A stretch of 35,915 nt of DNA from contig DASYRD010000121.1 of NCBI GenBank assembly GCA_036004745.1, forward strand, positions 1 to 35,915, read 5' to 3'. How positions within the stretch are numbered: position 1 is the stretch's first letter; every line of letters starts with the position of its first letter. The notes beneath the pieces were generated by a model, which worked only from the letters and a program-made list of their open reading frames with translations, did not search any database and was not told the origin of the DNA. This document shows positions 26,381 to 35,200 of this stretch, piece by piece. The stretch comes from Gemmatimonadales bacterium (GTDB taxonomy: Bacteria > Gemmatimonadota > Gemmatimonadetes > Gemmatimonadales > GWC2-71-9). The translations under genes were made by a program, and so were the position numbers.

Positions 26381-27384
26381 ACGCGCTCGACCTCGATACA
26401 CCCGCGCTCTACATCGACCGCGACGTCCTCGAGCGCAACATCGCGCGCATGCAGCAGGAGTGCCGAGCGTGGGGCGTCGAGCTGCGGCCCCACGTGAAGA
26501 CGCACAAGATCCCCGAGATCGCCAGGCTGCAGCTCGATGCCGGGGCGATCGGGATCACCGTCGCCAAGGTGGGCGAAGCCGAGGTATTGCCGGGCGACGA
26601 TGTGCTCATCGCCTATCCTTTATTGAAGGCGAAGGTGCCCCGGTTGAACGCGCTCGCGGAAGAGCGACACGTGAAGGTGGCCGTCGATTCGGTGGACGTC
26701 GCGCGCGACCTTCAGGGGATCGACACGCTGGTGGAGATCGATGTCGGCGTGGGTCGCTGTGGCGCGCAGACACCCGAGCAAGCGGTCGAGATCGCCAAGG
26801 CGTGCTCGAACTTCCAAGGGATCTTCTACTGGCCGTCGTGGCTCGATGATCCCGGGTTCCGCGTGGCGTGCACGAAGATCGATGCGGTCCTCACTGCGCT
26901 CAGCCGGGCGGGCCTCAAGGCGACAATCGTCTCTGGAGGTTCGACGCCCGGCGCCGCAAAGACGCCGCTGATCCCGCAAACGACCGAAATCAGACCTGGC
27001 ACATACGTCTTCTACGACGCGAGCAGCCTCCACGCCAAGCTTTGCGATGAAGGAGACTGCGCGCTGCGGGTGCTCACGACCGTCGTCAGCACCCAGGTGC
27101 CGGGCCAGTGTGTGATCGATGCGGGGTCAAAGACGTTCTCGAGCGATCAGACCGTCGGCGTGGGAACCTTCGGTCACTTCCCTGGACACCCCTGGACGAT
27201 GCGCAAGATGAACGAAGAGCACGGCTACGTAGAGTTTGATGGCTCGGCCAAAGTCGGAGACAGAGTATGGGTCGTGCCGAGTCACTGTTGCGCGACGGTG
27301 AATCTGCACGACGAGATCTGGTACGGGCGGCGCGGGCAAGTAGACGGCAGTTGGAAAGTCGCGGCGCGGGGGAAGGTGCGTTGA
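26377..27384 (+). CDS. PLP-dependent fold-type III enzyme of the DSD1 / D-serine-dehydratase-like (alanine racemase N-terminal domain) family; candidate amino-sugar-acid dehydratase/deaminase
   Basis: ATG at 26377 overlaps the RidA stop (ATGA). LRPHVKTHKIPEIARLQLDAGAIGITVAKVGEAEV contains the PLP-lysine motif of DSD1-like enzymes. The C-terminal HGYVEFDG...WVVPSHCCATVNLHDEI region is also typical. Confidence 0.8.
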   Translation: MNALDLDTPALYIDRDVLERNIARMQQECRAWGVELRPHVKTHKIPEIARLQLDAGAIGITVAKVGEAEVLPGDDVLIAYPLLKAKVPRLNALAEERHVKVAVDSVDVARDLQGIDTLVEIDVGVGRCGAQTPEQAVEIAKACSNFQGIFYWPSWLDDPGFRVACTKIDAVLTALSRAGLKATIVSGGSTPGAAKTPLIPQTTEIRPGTYVFYDASSLHAKLCDEGDCALRVLTTVVSTQVPGQCVIDAGSKTFSSDQTVGVGTFGHFPGHPWTMRKMNEEHGYVEFDGSAKVGDRVWVVPSHCCATVNLHDEIWYGRRGQVDGSWKVAARGKVR

Positions 27385-28277
27385 CGCAGCTCGTCACCTT
27401 TGGTGAGGCCATGCTGCGGCTCTCCCCGGCCAGGGCCATCGCGGCCACCGTCGGCGGGAGCGAGCTGAACGTCGCCGTGCTGGCCGCCCGACTCGGCGTC
27501 CAATCGCGCTGGGTCTCTCGATTGCCGGCCAACACCCTCGGCCGCATGATCGAAGCCCAAGCCCGCGAGCAGGGCGTCGACGCACGGATCGAGTGGACCG
27601 CCGACGGTCGTGTGGGTCTCTACTTCCTCGAGATCGCCGGCGCGCGCATCAGCAGCGTGTTGTACGACCGCGGGGGCTCGGCGTTCAGCAAGATCACTCC
27701 CGGCAGCGTCGACTGGGCATCGGTATTCGCGGGCGCGCGCTGGTATCACGTCAGCGGCATCACGCCGGCCTTGAGCGACGGCGCCGCCAAGGTTACTGCG
27801 GAGTCACTCGTTGCGGCCAAGAAGGCTGGCCTCACGGTGAGTTACGACGTGAACTACCGTAGCAAGCTGTGGAGCGTCGAGCAGGCCCGCGCGACGCAGG
27901 AGCCGCTGATGGAGCATGTGGATTTGCTCGTCGCCGGCGAGGAAGACGCCCGGCTGATCTTCGGTGCCGCATCCGCCGAAGCGCTCGCGAAGCGTTTTGG
28001 GATCGACGCCGTGGCCATCACGCTGCGGGATAATCCCTGCTCCGCAGGCCTAGCGGTGGACGGGAAGGTCTACAGCGCGCCGCGCTTCGAAGTCGAGACC
28101 GTGGATCCGATCGGCGCCGGCGACGCGTTCACCGGCGGGCTGATCGTGAGCCGTCTCGAAGGTCGCGGCTGGGACGACGCCCTCCGCTTTGCGAGTGCGA
28201 CGGCTGCGCTCAAGCACACGATCCCAGGCGACTTCTGTCTCGTGACTCGCACCCAGGTCGAGGAGGTGTTACGGTGA
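27381..28277 (+). CDS. kdgK: 2-dehydro-3-deoxygluconokinase (PfkB family sugar kinase, KdgK-like)
   Basis: TTG start at 27381 overlaps the upstream stop (TTGA). PfkB motifs: GGSELNVAV and DPIGAGDAFTGGLI. Confidence 0.8.
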   Translation: MTQLVTFGEAMLRLSPARAIAATVGGSELNVAVLAARLGVQSRWVSRLPANTLGRMIEAQAREQGVDARIEWTADGRVGLYFLEIAGARISSVLYDRGGSAFSKITPGSVDWASVFAGARWYHVSGITPALSDGAAKVTAESLVAAKKAGLTVSYDVNYRSKLWSVEQARATQEPLMEHVDLLVAGEEDARLIFGAASAEALAKRFGIDAVAITLRDNPCSAGLAVDGKVYSAPRFEVETVDPIGAGDAFTGGLIVSRLEGRGWDDALRFASATAALKHTIPGDFCLVTRTQVEEVLR

Positions 28278-28882
28278 CCGTCGCGAGGCTGCGCGAGGTC
28301 GGCATCATCCCGATTATCCGCGCATCGAGCGCGGACGCGGTGGTGCCCATTGCCGAAGCGTTGCTGCAGGCCGGACTCCCAGTCGTCGAAATCACGATGA
28401 CGGTTCCCAAGGCGATCGACGCGATCGCCGCCGTCGCGAAACGCTTCCAGGGCAAAATGCTCATCGGCGCCGGGACGGTGACCGATGCCGAGACTGTCAA
28501 ACGAGCGGTGGGCGCCGGCGCGGCGTTCATCGTGTCACCGTGCCTGGTGCCGGAAGTGATCGAAGCCGCGAAGCGCGCGAATGTCGCCGTCCTACCTGGT
28601 GCCCTCACGCCGACCGAAGTCTTCGAAGCGTTTCGCGCAGGCGGCGACATGGTGAAGGTCTTTCCGGTGCAGGCCGTGGGCGGGGCGGACTATCTGCGGG
28701 CGCTACGCGCGCCCTTCCCCGACATCCCGCTCGTCCCGACGGGCGGCGTCACCCTCGAGAACATCGGGGCCATGTTCAAGGCAGGTGCCGCGGCGGTCGG
28801 TGTGGGCACGGACCTGACATCAGGCGACGCGATCGGGAAGCGCGCGACGCAATTCCTCGCGGCCGTGAAGGTGGCGCGCTAG
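28274..28882 (+). CDS. eda: 2-dehydro-3-deoxyphosphogluconate (KDPG) aldolase
   Basis: GTG start overlaps the kdgK stop (GTGA). Motifs: VPIIRA...[24 protein letters not shown], and the Schiff-base lysine in MVKVFP. Confidence 0.85.
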   Translation: MTVARLREVGIIPIIRASSADAVVPIAEALLQAGLPVVEITMTVPKAIDAIAAVAKRFQGKMLIGAGTVTDAETVKRAVGAGAAFIVSPCLVPEVIEAAKRANVAVLPGALTPTEVFEAFRAGGDMVKVFPVQAVGGADYLRALRAPFPDIPLVPTGGVTLENIGAMFKAGAAAVGVGTDLTSGDAIGKRATQFLAAVKVAR

Positions 28883-29316
28883 CCCACCGCCTTCTTCACC
28901 AGCGCCGCGATCTTCGCCTCCTCGGCGGCACCCAACTCCTTCAGCGCAAACCCGTTCGCCCACATGTTGCCGTCGTCGAGGTTGGCTTTGTCGCTGAAGC
29001 CAAAGGTCGCGTAACGCGTCTTGAACTTGTGCGCACCCTGGAAAAAACAGACGACCTTCCCGTCCTTCCCAGGTTGAGCGTACGCCGGCATCCCGTACCA
29101 GGTCCTCGGCACGAGGTTCGGCGCGCTCGCCATGACGACGGTATGGAGTCGTTTGGCCATGGTGCGATCGGGTTCCTTCATCGTGGCGATCTTCGCGAGC
29201 ACGACCTCTGCCCCCTCCACCTTGGCCCCCTTCAACTCTTGCACATACTCCTTCATGGCCTGTCGTTCCTCAGGCGTGAATCCCTTGGTCTTCTTGGCCT
29301 TCGGCGACTTCTTCAT
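28879..29316 (-). CDS. DUF1801 (YdhG-like) domain protein
   Basis: 145 aa. ATG at 29316 with AAGGAA about 8 nt upstream. The stop overlaps the eda stop (convergent). Lys-rich N-terminus with a ...WYGMPAYA...VVCFFQ... core typical of DUF1801. Confidence 0.7.
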   Translation of the reverse strand: MKKSPKAKKTKGFTPEERQAMKEYVQELKGAKVEGAEVVLAKIATMKEPDRTMAKRLHTVVMASAPNLVPRTWYGMPAYAQPGKDGKVVCFFQGAHKFKTRYATFGFSDKANLDDGNMWANGFALKELGAAEEAKIAALVKKAVG

Positions 29317-29337
29317 TGCGGTTTCCTTTCATGAACG

Positions 29338-29360
29338 CCAAACGCATATATAACCCGAGA
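29338..29360 (-). promoter_or_regulatory. AT-rich island (ttatatatgcg on the minus strand), candidate -10 region for the DUF1801 gene
   Basis: This is the only AT-rich stretch in a ~70% GC context, about 25-40 nt upstream of the DUF1801 ATG and downstream of the flotillin terminator hairpin. Confidence 0.25.
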
Positions 29361-29365
29361 AAGAG

Positions 29366-29390
29366 CCCCACAGTCGTGCTGACTGTGGGG
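29366..29390 (-). terminator. Intrinsic terminator after the flotillin gene
   Basis: Perfect 10-bp inverted repeat ccccacagtc-gtgct-gactgtgggg, followed on the minus strand by CTCTTTCTC. It lies 8 nt downstream of the flotillin stop (29399-29401). Confidence 0.45.
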
Positions 29391-29398
29391 CTCGATCG

Positions 29399-31198
29399 TC
29401 AGGAGGCCTTCTTCGTAATCAGCTGCGCAAGCAGCACATCCACGAGGGTCCCTCCGCTCCCCCCGTTCCCACTCGCGATGACGTCCGGCACCAGCTTCAT
29501 GCCGCTCGCCGCCCGGGCCCGCGCCACCTCGATGGTGGCGTAGTTTCCAGGGTTAATCGCCTCCCCTTTCCGCTTCAGCACCTCGGCCTCCGCGTTACCC
29601 ACCGCGGTGACCTTCTTGCCCTCGGCCTCGCCCACCAGCAGCAACACCCGAGCATCGACCTCGGCATTGATCTGTTTCGACCGCGCGTCGCCCTCGGCCT
29701 TCTTGATCTTCGTCTGCGCCTCGAACGACGCGATTTCCACCTGCCGCTCGGCGTTCACGACCGACGGCTGCGTGTCCGCCTGCGCCTGTGCTTGCGCCAG
29801 TTGCTTGCGCACCTCCTGCGCCGCTCGCTGGGTGTCATACGTGACCCTCTCCTGCTCGGCCAGCTTTCGGTCGGTCAGGGTCTTCATCAGTGCTTCGGGC
29901 GGCACAATGTCTCCGATCAGCGTGTCCACTGCCCCGACGTCGTACTCGCTGAGCGCGGCCGTGATCGCCTGGCGCGCTTCGCTTTGCCGGTTGACCCGCT
30001 CCTTCAGGAAGTCGATCACGTCCGACTTCTGCGCCGCGTTCCGGAAGTAGTTCCCGATTGTCGGCTCGAGCACCTGCGTGACGAGATTCGCCATGCTCCC
30101 GAAGCGCGCGATTACCTTGGGCGCGGCGTTCCTCGGAATGTGAATGATCTGGGACACGTCCAGATTGAAGGTGAACCCGTCCTGCGACCGCACCGTGATG
30201 CTCGACAGACGCTCGTCGAGCTTATGCGCTTCCGTCTTCCCGGTCGCCCAATTGAGCACCACGTTGGCCGTCGGCACCATTTCAAGCTTCGTGGTGCGGT
30301 AATTGATCGGATACTTCCCCGGGTCGAGCGGGTCCACCCACACGCCCCGCTGCCCCTTGATGACCATGTTGCCATGCTTGAACGCCGCCCCGGTGACGTC
30401 CTCGCCCAGCGACCCGACGTAGGAAATCACCACGCCGACCTGCGCGATCGGGACGACGGTCATGTCCACGACTTCCACCGACGCGAACTTCGGATTGATG
30501 AAGTACCGGCCCGGCAGGAGCACTTCCTCCTGCAGCCCCTTGCGGCCGCGGTGATCCACGAACGCTTGCGCGTCCTGGAATGAGTTGTGGCCTTCGATCA
30601 CCGGTCCGGCGATGTCACCGGATCCCGTGCTCAAGGGCACGCCTTCCATCGTTTCCACGATGCCGATTCTGTCGGCCGGAATCTCGACGGCCGGACAGGA
30701 CCGGATGGTGAACAGCGTGGTGTTGATGCGGTAACTGCCCGGCGGAATCACGGCCATCTGCGGGCCGCGCTCGCCGCCGTTTGCCAGGAACGCGCGCGCG
30801 TTTTGGAATGAGTCGCACGGCACGCGTTTGCCCAACACGCGGCCGACGGCGATCGGGGCGCCATCCTTGGCTTCCACGATCCCGATCATCCCTTCGGGCA
30901 ACACGACGAACCGCTGCAGGGTCGTGGCGTACTGCCACGGCCACAGCCACCAATGGAGCCCGGGGGCCAGCGTATCCGCCTGAATACCGGCCTCGCCATT
31001 GAGCGCGATGATGCGCCCGTCCGGCAGCGTCTTGTGCGCGCCAAACAGCACGAACTTCTTGGTGACGATCGCGACGCTGTCCTCCGGCACGATGAACAAG
31101 CCGAAGAGCCGCAGCACTTTCTTGTAGGCCATGAGCGCGATCAACACCACCAGGGCGACTGCGCCCCACCCGACCAACGGGAATAGATCCTGGTTCAT
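29399..31198 (-). CDS. Flotillin-like SPFH/band-7 family membrane protein (YqiK/FloT-type)
   Basis: ATG at 31198 with GAAGGAG 7 nt upstream. N-terminal transmembrane helix LFPLVGWGAVALVVLIALMAY. Duplicated N-terminal beta-rich segments are followed by an SPFH core and a long Ala/Glu/Gln/Lys-rich coiled-coil (RKQLAQAQAQADTQ...EGDARSKQINAEVDARV). Confidence 0.85.
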   Translation of the reverse strand: MNQDLFPLVGWGAVALVVLIALMAYKKVLRLFGLFIVPEDSVAIVTKKFVLFGAHKTLPDGRIIALNGEAGIQADTLAPGLHWWLWPWQYATTLQRFVVLPEGMIGIVEAKDGAPIAVGRVLGKRVPCDSFQNARAFLANGGERGPQMAVIPPGSYRINTTLFTIRSCPAVEIPADRIGIVETMEGVPLSTGSGDIAGPVIEGHNSFQDAQAFVDHRGRKGLQEEVLLPGRYFINPKFASVEVVDMTVVPIAQVGVVISYVGSLGEDVTGAAFKHGNMVIKGQRGVWVDPLDPGKYPINYRTTKLEMVPTANVVLNWATGKTEAHKLDERLSSITVRSQDGFTFNLDVSQIIHIPRNAAPKVIARFGSMANLVTQVLEPTIGNYFRNAAQKSDVIDFLKERVNRQSEARQAITAALSEYDVGAVDTLIGDIVPPEALMKTLTDRKLAEQERVTYDTQRAAQEVRKQLAQAQAQADTQPSVVNAERQVEIASFEAQTKIKKAEGDARSKQINAEVDARVLLLVGEAEGKKVTAVGNAEAEVLKRKGEAINPGNYATIEVARARAASGMKLVPDVIASGNGGSGGTLVDVLLAQLITKKAS

Positions 31199-31587
31199 AC
31201 TGAGCTCCTTCTTGCCCGCATGAGACGTAGGACTTCCATGACGCGCCGAGGCGGAATACGCCAAAGGCGCGATGAGCGAGTCATCGTTGGGGTGTTGGGT
31301 GGAGCTCGTCTCTCCTCGAAGCCTACGGGGTTAGCTGACGGGCTCGGGCGGAAGAGATGGACTGCCCTACGCCTTGCGGCGCTGCGCCCCGACTACCTGG
31401 GTCCCCCGTTCCCGCTTCGGTAGCGGGACTCGGCTCTGGGGGTGGTACCTAAATGCGTGATCCCTTGGAGGCAAGTCCCTGTGTGGTAAGTGATTGTGCG
31501 CGTGCTACGGTGCGCGTCAAGACGAAGCGCCCCACAGGTCATAACTTCGGGAATGGCCGCCACCGCTGCATCGGAAGGTGAATAAAT

Positions 31588-32226
31588 ATGCGCATCGGGA
31601 TTCTGGGTTCGGGGCTGATGGGCGCGAAGCTCGGCACGATTTGGGCGCGAGCCGGCCACGACGTGGTCTTCAGCTACGCGCGCAGCGAGCAGAAGCTGAA
31701 CAAGGTCGCGCGCGCGGCAGGGGGAAACGCAAAAGCAGGGACGCCCGCTGACGCCGCGCACGACGCCGGCGCGCTCCTCTTGGCGGTGCACTGGTCCCGA
31801 GTCGACGACGTCTTGAAACAAGCGGGCGACTTCTCGGGCAAGACCATTGTCACCTGTTCCCTGCCGATGAATGCCGATGACAGCGCCCTCGCGATCGCCC
31901 ACACCTCTTCAGGCGCCGAGGAATTGGCCAAGAAGGTGCCGAAGGCACGGGTCGTCTCGGCGTTCGGGACGGTGCCAAGCGAAGTGTTCTTTGACGTCTT
32001 CGCGGCTCGCCGCAGGAAGGTGAGGCCGAGTCTGGTGTACTGCGGGGATGACGCGAAGAGCAAGAAGATCGCCGCCGAGCTGATCCGCGACGTCGGGTTC
32101 GATCCCGTCGATGCTGGCCCCTTGCGGATCGCCCGGTACACCGAGCCGTTCACGCTGCTGATCGCGCAGCTCGCGTACGAGGGAGACGAAGGGCCCGAAC
32201 TCGCGTACCGGTTCGAGCGGTACTAG
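31588..32226 (+). CDS. NADP-binding oxidoreductase of the F420-dependent NADP reductase (NpdG) / ProC-like Rossmann family
   Basis: MRIGILGSGLMGAKLGTIWARAGHDVVF is the dinucleotide-binding motif. The 212-aa size fits PF03807-like proteins. AGGTGA Shine-Dalgarno sequence 7 nt upstream. Confidence 0.75.
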   Translation: MRIGILGSGLMGAKLGTIWARAGHDVVFSYARSEQKLNKVARAAGGNAKAGTPADAAHDAGALLLAVHWSRVDDVLKQAGDFSGKTIVTCSLPMNADDSALAIAHTSSGAEELAKKVPKARVVSAFGTVPSEVFFDVFAARRRKVRPSLVYCGDDAKSKKIAAELIRDVGFDPVDAGPLRIARYTEPFTLLIAQLAYEGDEGPELAYRFERY

Positions 32227-32238
32227 GTTCACAGGAAG

Positions 32239-35200
32239 ATGTGGTGGTCGCCACGCTGGATCGTCCTTGCCCTGGGCTTCCCCACCGTCGCGTACGCCCA
32301 AGCCGGCGCGCCGGGCCTCGACCCGCAGCGACCCATCAGTCAGTACGTCCACGACATCTGGACCATCGATCAGGGACTCCCCCAAAACGGCATCCTCGCG
32401 ATCGCCCAGGGGCGCGATGGCTACCTCTGGCTCGGCACCGAGGCCGGGCTCGTTCGCTTTGACGGCGTCACCTTTACGACCTTCACCACCGCCACCACCA
32501 GCGCGCTGAAGGACGACTACGTCAGCGCCGTCGTGGTCGACTCCTCCGACGATGTCTTCGCGGGCACCTGGGTCGGCGGCGTGAGCCGTCTGGGGGCGAG
32601 AGCATCCACCGTGATTCCCGGCGCCGAGGGCGCGTTCGTGAACGGCCTGTACCGCGACCGGGCCGGCAGGCTCTGGGCGGCACGGACCGGCGGACTCCTG
32701 CTCCTCGAGAACGGTGCGTTCCACCCGGCCGCCGGCGTGGAAGGGTCCGTCTTCAGCATGGCCGAAGATTCGAGCGGCCTCCTGCTGGCGGGCACCAGGA
32801 ACGGACTCATCGCCTGGCAAGGGGATCGGTGGGTGCCGTGGGGAACGATCACGGGACCGGTGTGGACGGTCTACCACGATCGCGCGGACGGCTGGTGGTT
32901 CGGGACGCCCGACGCGCTCTACTACTCCCACGGTGCTCGGCTCGAGCGCCTCGGCGCCGCGGCGGGACTTCCCCCGGGCGGTGTGACCTCGATCCTCGAA
33001 AGCCGCAACGGCCAACTCTGGGTCGGGACCGACGGCAGTGGTCTCGCGCGGCTCGTGAATCGCCGCTTCCAGCGGTTCGCCGCGACGGACGGCCTTTCCG
33101 ACGATGCCGTGACGTTCCTGCTCGAGGATCGCGAAGGCTCGCTCTGGGTGGGGACGCGGCACGGCGGCCTCAACCGGTTCCGGCAACCCGTCTTCACCCT
33201 CTACACACCGCGCGAGGGCCTCTCGTCAAAAGTGATCTGGTCGGTGTACGGCGACCGGCAGGGCGCGCTGTGGATCGGGACCGAGGCGGGCGGCCTGGAC
33301 CGGTTGCAACAGGGGCGCTTCACCAACTCCATGGCCGGCAAGTCCGTGGTTGCCACCCTGCAAACGAGGGACGGCGCCCTCTGGGCCGCCACGCGCGACG
33401 GGCTCGCGCAGCTGCGCGGCGGGCGCTGGGAACCGATGACGTTCTCAGGAACACACCCCACCCTGAGCGTCTCTGCCCTCACCGAAGACTCGAGCGGCGC
33501 TCTCTGGCTCGGCGGCACCGACGGGCTGTACCGCTGGAAGGGTGGAGTGCTCCGCGATTACACGAAGGAAGCGGGCGTCGAAGCCGCCAAAGTCCGCGCC
33601 ATCGTCGAGGATCGAGACGGCATCCTGTGGATCGGCACGCACGGACGCGGCTTGCTGCGGCTCCAGAACGACCGCTTCACGGCGTACACGACGAAGGAAG
33701 GACTCTCGAATGACGTCGTCGAGTCGCTCTTCGCCGATGAGCACGGCCTGTGGGTGGGTACGGAGGCGGGACTGAACCTGGTACGGGGGAGCGGTGCCCG
33801 GATCACCGTGTTGCCGCTCAAGTTCGCGGTCCTGATGACCGACCTCTTCACGATTGTCAAAGACGACGGCGGGAATCTGTGGTTGAGCTCGAATCAAGGC
33901 CTGGGCATGGTGAGCCAGCGAGAACTCCTCGCGGCGGCGGACAGCGCCCGCGGCAGCGTGCAGGTCCACGAGATGGTGTCGCTCGACGGGCGCCGCCGCA
34001 TCGAGTTCAACGGCACATCGCAGAATGCCGGATGGAAGAGTCCCGACGGCCGGCTCTGGTTTCCGAGCATCAAGGGACTCGTGGTGGTGGACCCGGCGCA
34101 CCTCACCAGCAACCCGCTCCCGCCGCCCGTCCACATCGAGCAGATCGTCGTGGACGGCCGCGCCGTTCCGGTAAGCGACACCGTGTCCGTGCCGCCGGGC
34201 GGCGGCGGGCTCGAGCTGCACTACACTGCCACCAGCCTGCTCGTCCCCGAGCGGGTGCGGTTCCGCTACCGGCTCGAAGGCTACGACCAGGATTGGGTGG
34301 ACGCGGGCACGCGGCGCGTGGCGTACTACACGCGCGTGCCGGGCGGGCGTTATCGCTTTCACGTCATCGCCGCGAACAACGACGGCGTGTGGAACGAGGC
34401 CGGCGCCGCGCTGGCGTTCCGGCTGGGCCTGCATTTCTACGAGACGTGGTGGTTCTACGTCGTGGTCGCGCTGACGGCTGTTGCCGTCGTGTTGGGGGGC
34501 GTGCGACTGCGCGTTCGCAACATCGAGGGGCGTGCGCAGCACCTATCCGAGCTGGTGGACGAGCGCACCAGGGAGTTGCAGCTGGAAATTGTGGAACGGA
34601 GCCGCGCGGAGGAAGGGCTGCGACAGGCGCAGAAGATGGAAGCCGTCGGTCGGCTGGCGGGCGGCATCGCCCACGATCTCAACAACGTGTTGACCGCCGT
34701 CATGGCGCACGTCGACCTGGCCGTCACGTCCCTCCCCCCGGGCAGCGACCTGCACGAGGACCTGTCGCAGGCCCAGGGCGCGGCGCGCCGCGGCGCCTCG
34801 ATGATCCGCAAGCTGCTCGGGTTCAGCCGTCGCGAGCGTCTCGTCTTGACGCCGCTCCACCTCGAAGTGCTGGTGGCCGACATCGTGCCCTCGGTGCAGC
34901 GCATGCTGCCGAAGATCGAAGTCGTGGTCAGTTGGGAGAAGGACCTGCAACCGGTCGCGGCCGACGCCGGGGCCGTGCAGCACATGCTGCTGAACCTCGC
35001 CAACAATGGCGCCGATGCCATGCCGAATGGCGGCCGTCTGAAGATCCACCTGGAGCCGGCGACGCCCGACGAGAAGCAAATGGCGGCGGCGGAGTTTGGC
35101 GCCCCGGGGCATTACGTCGTCCTCTCCGTGCGGGACAACGGCACCGGCATGTCGCCCGAGACGCTGGCGCGGATCTTCGAGCCCTACTTCACGACCAAGT

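Noticed and set aside
28879-28882. Overlap of the eda stop and the DUF1801 stop suggesting an operon
   Set aside because: The genes are convergent on opposite strands. The 4-nt overlap is of two stop codons and implies nothing about co-transcription.
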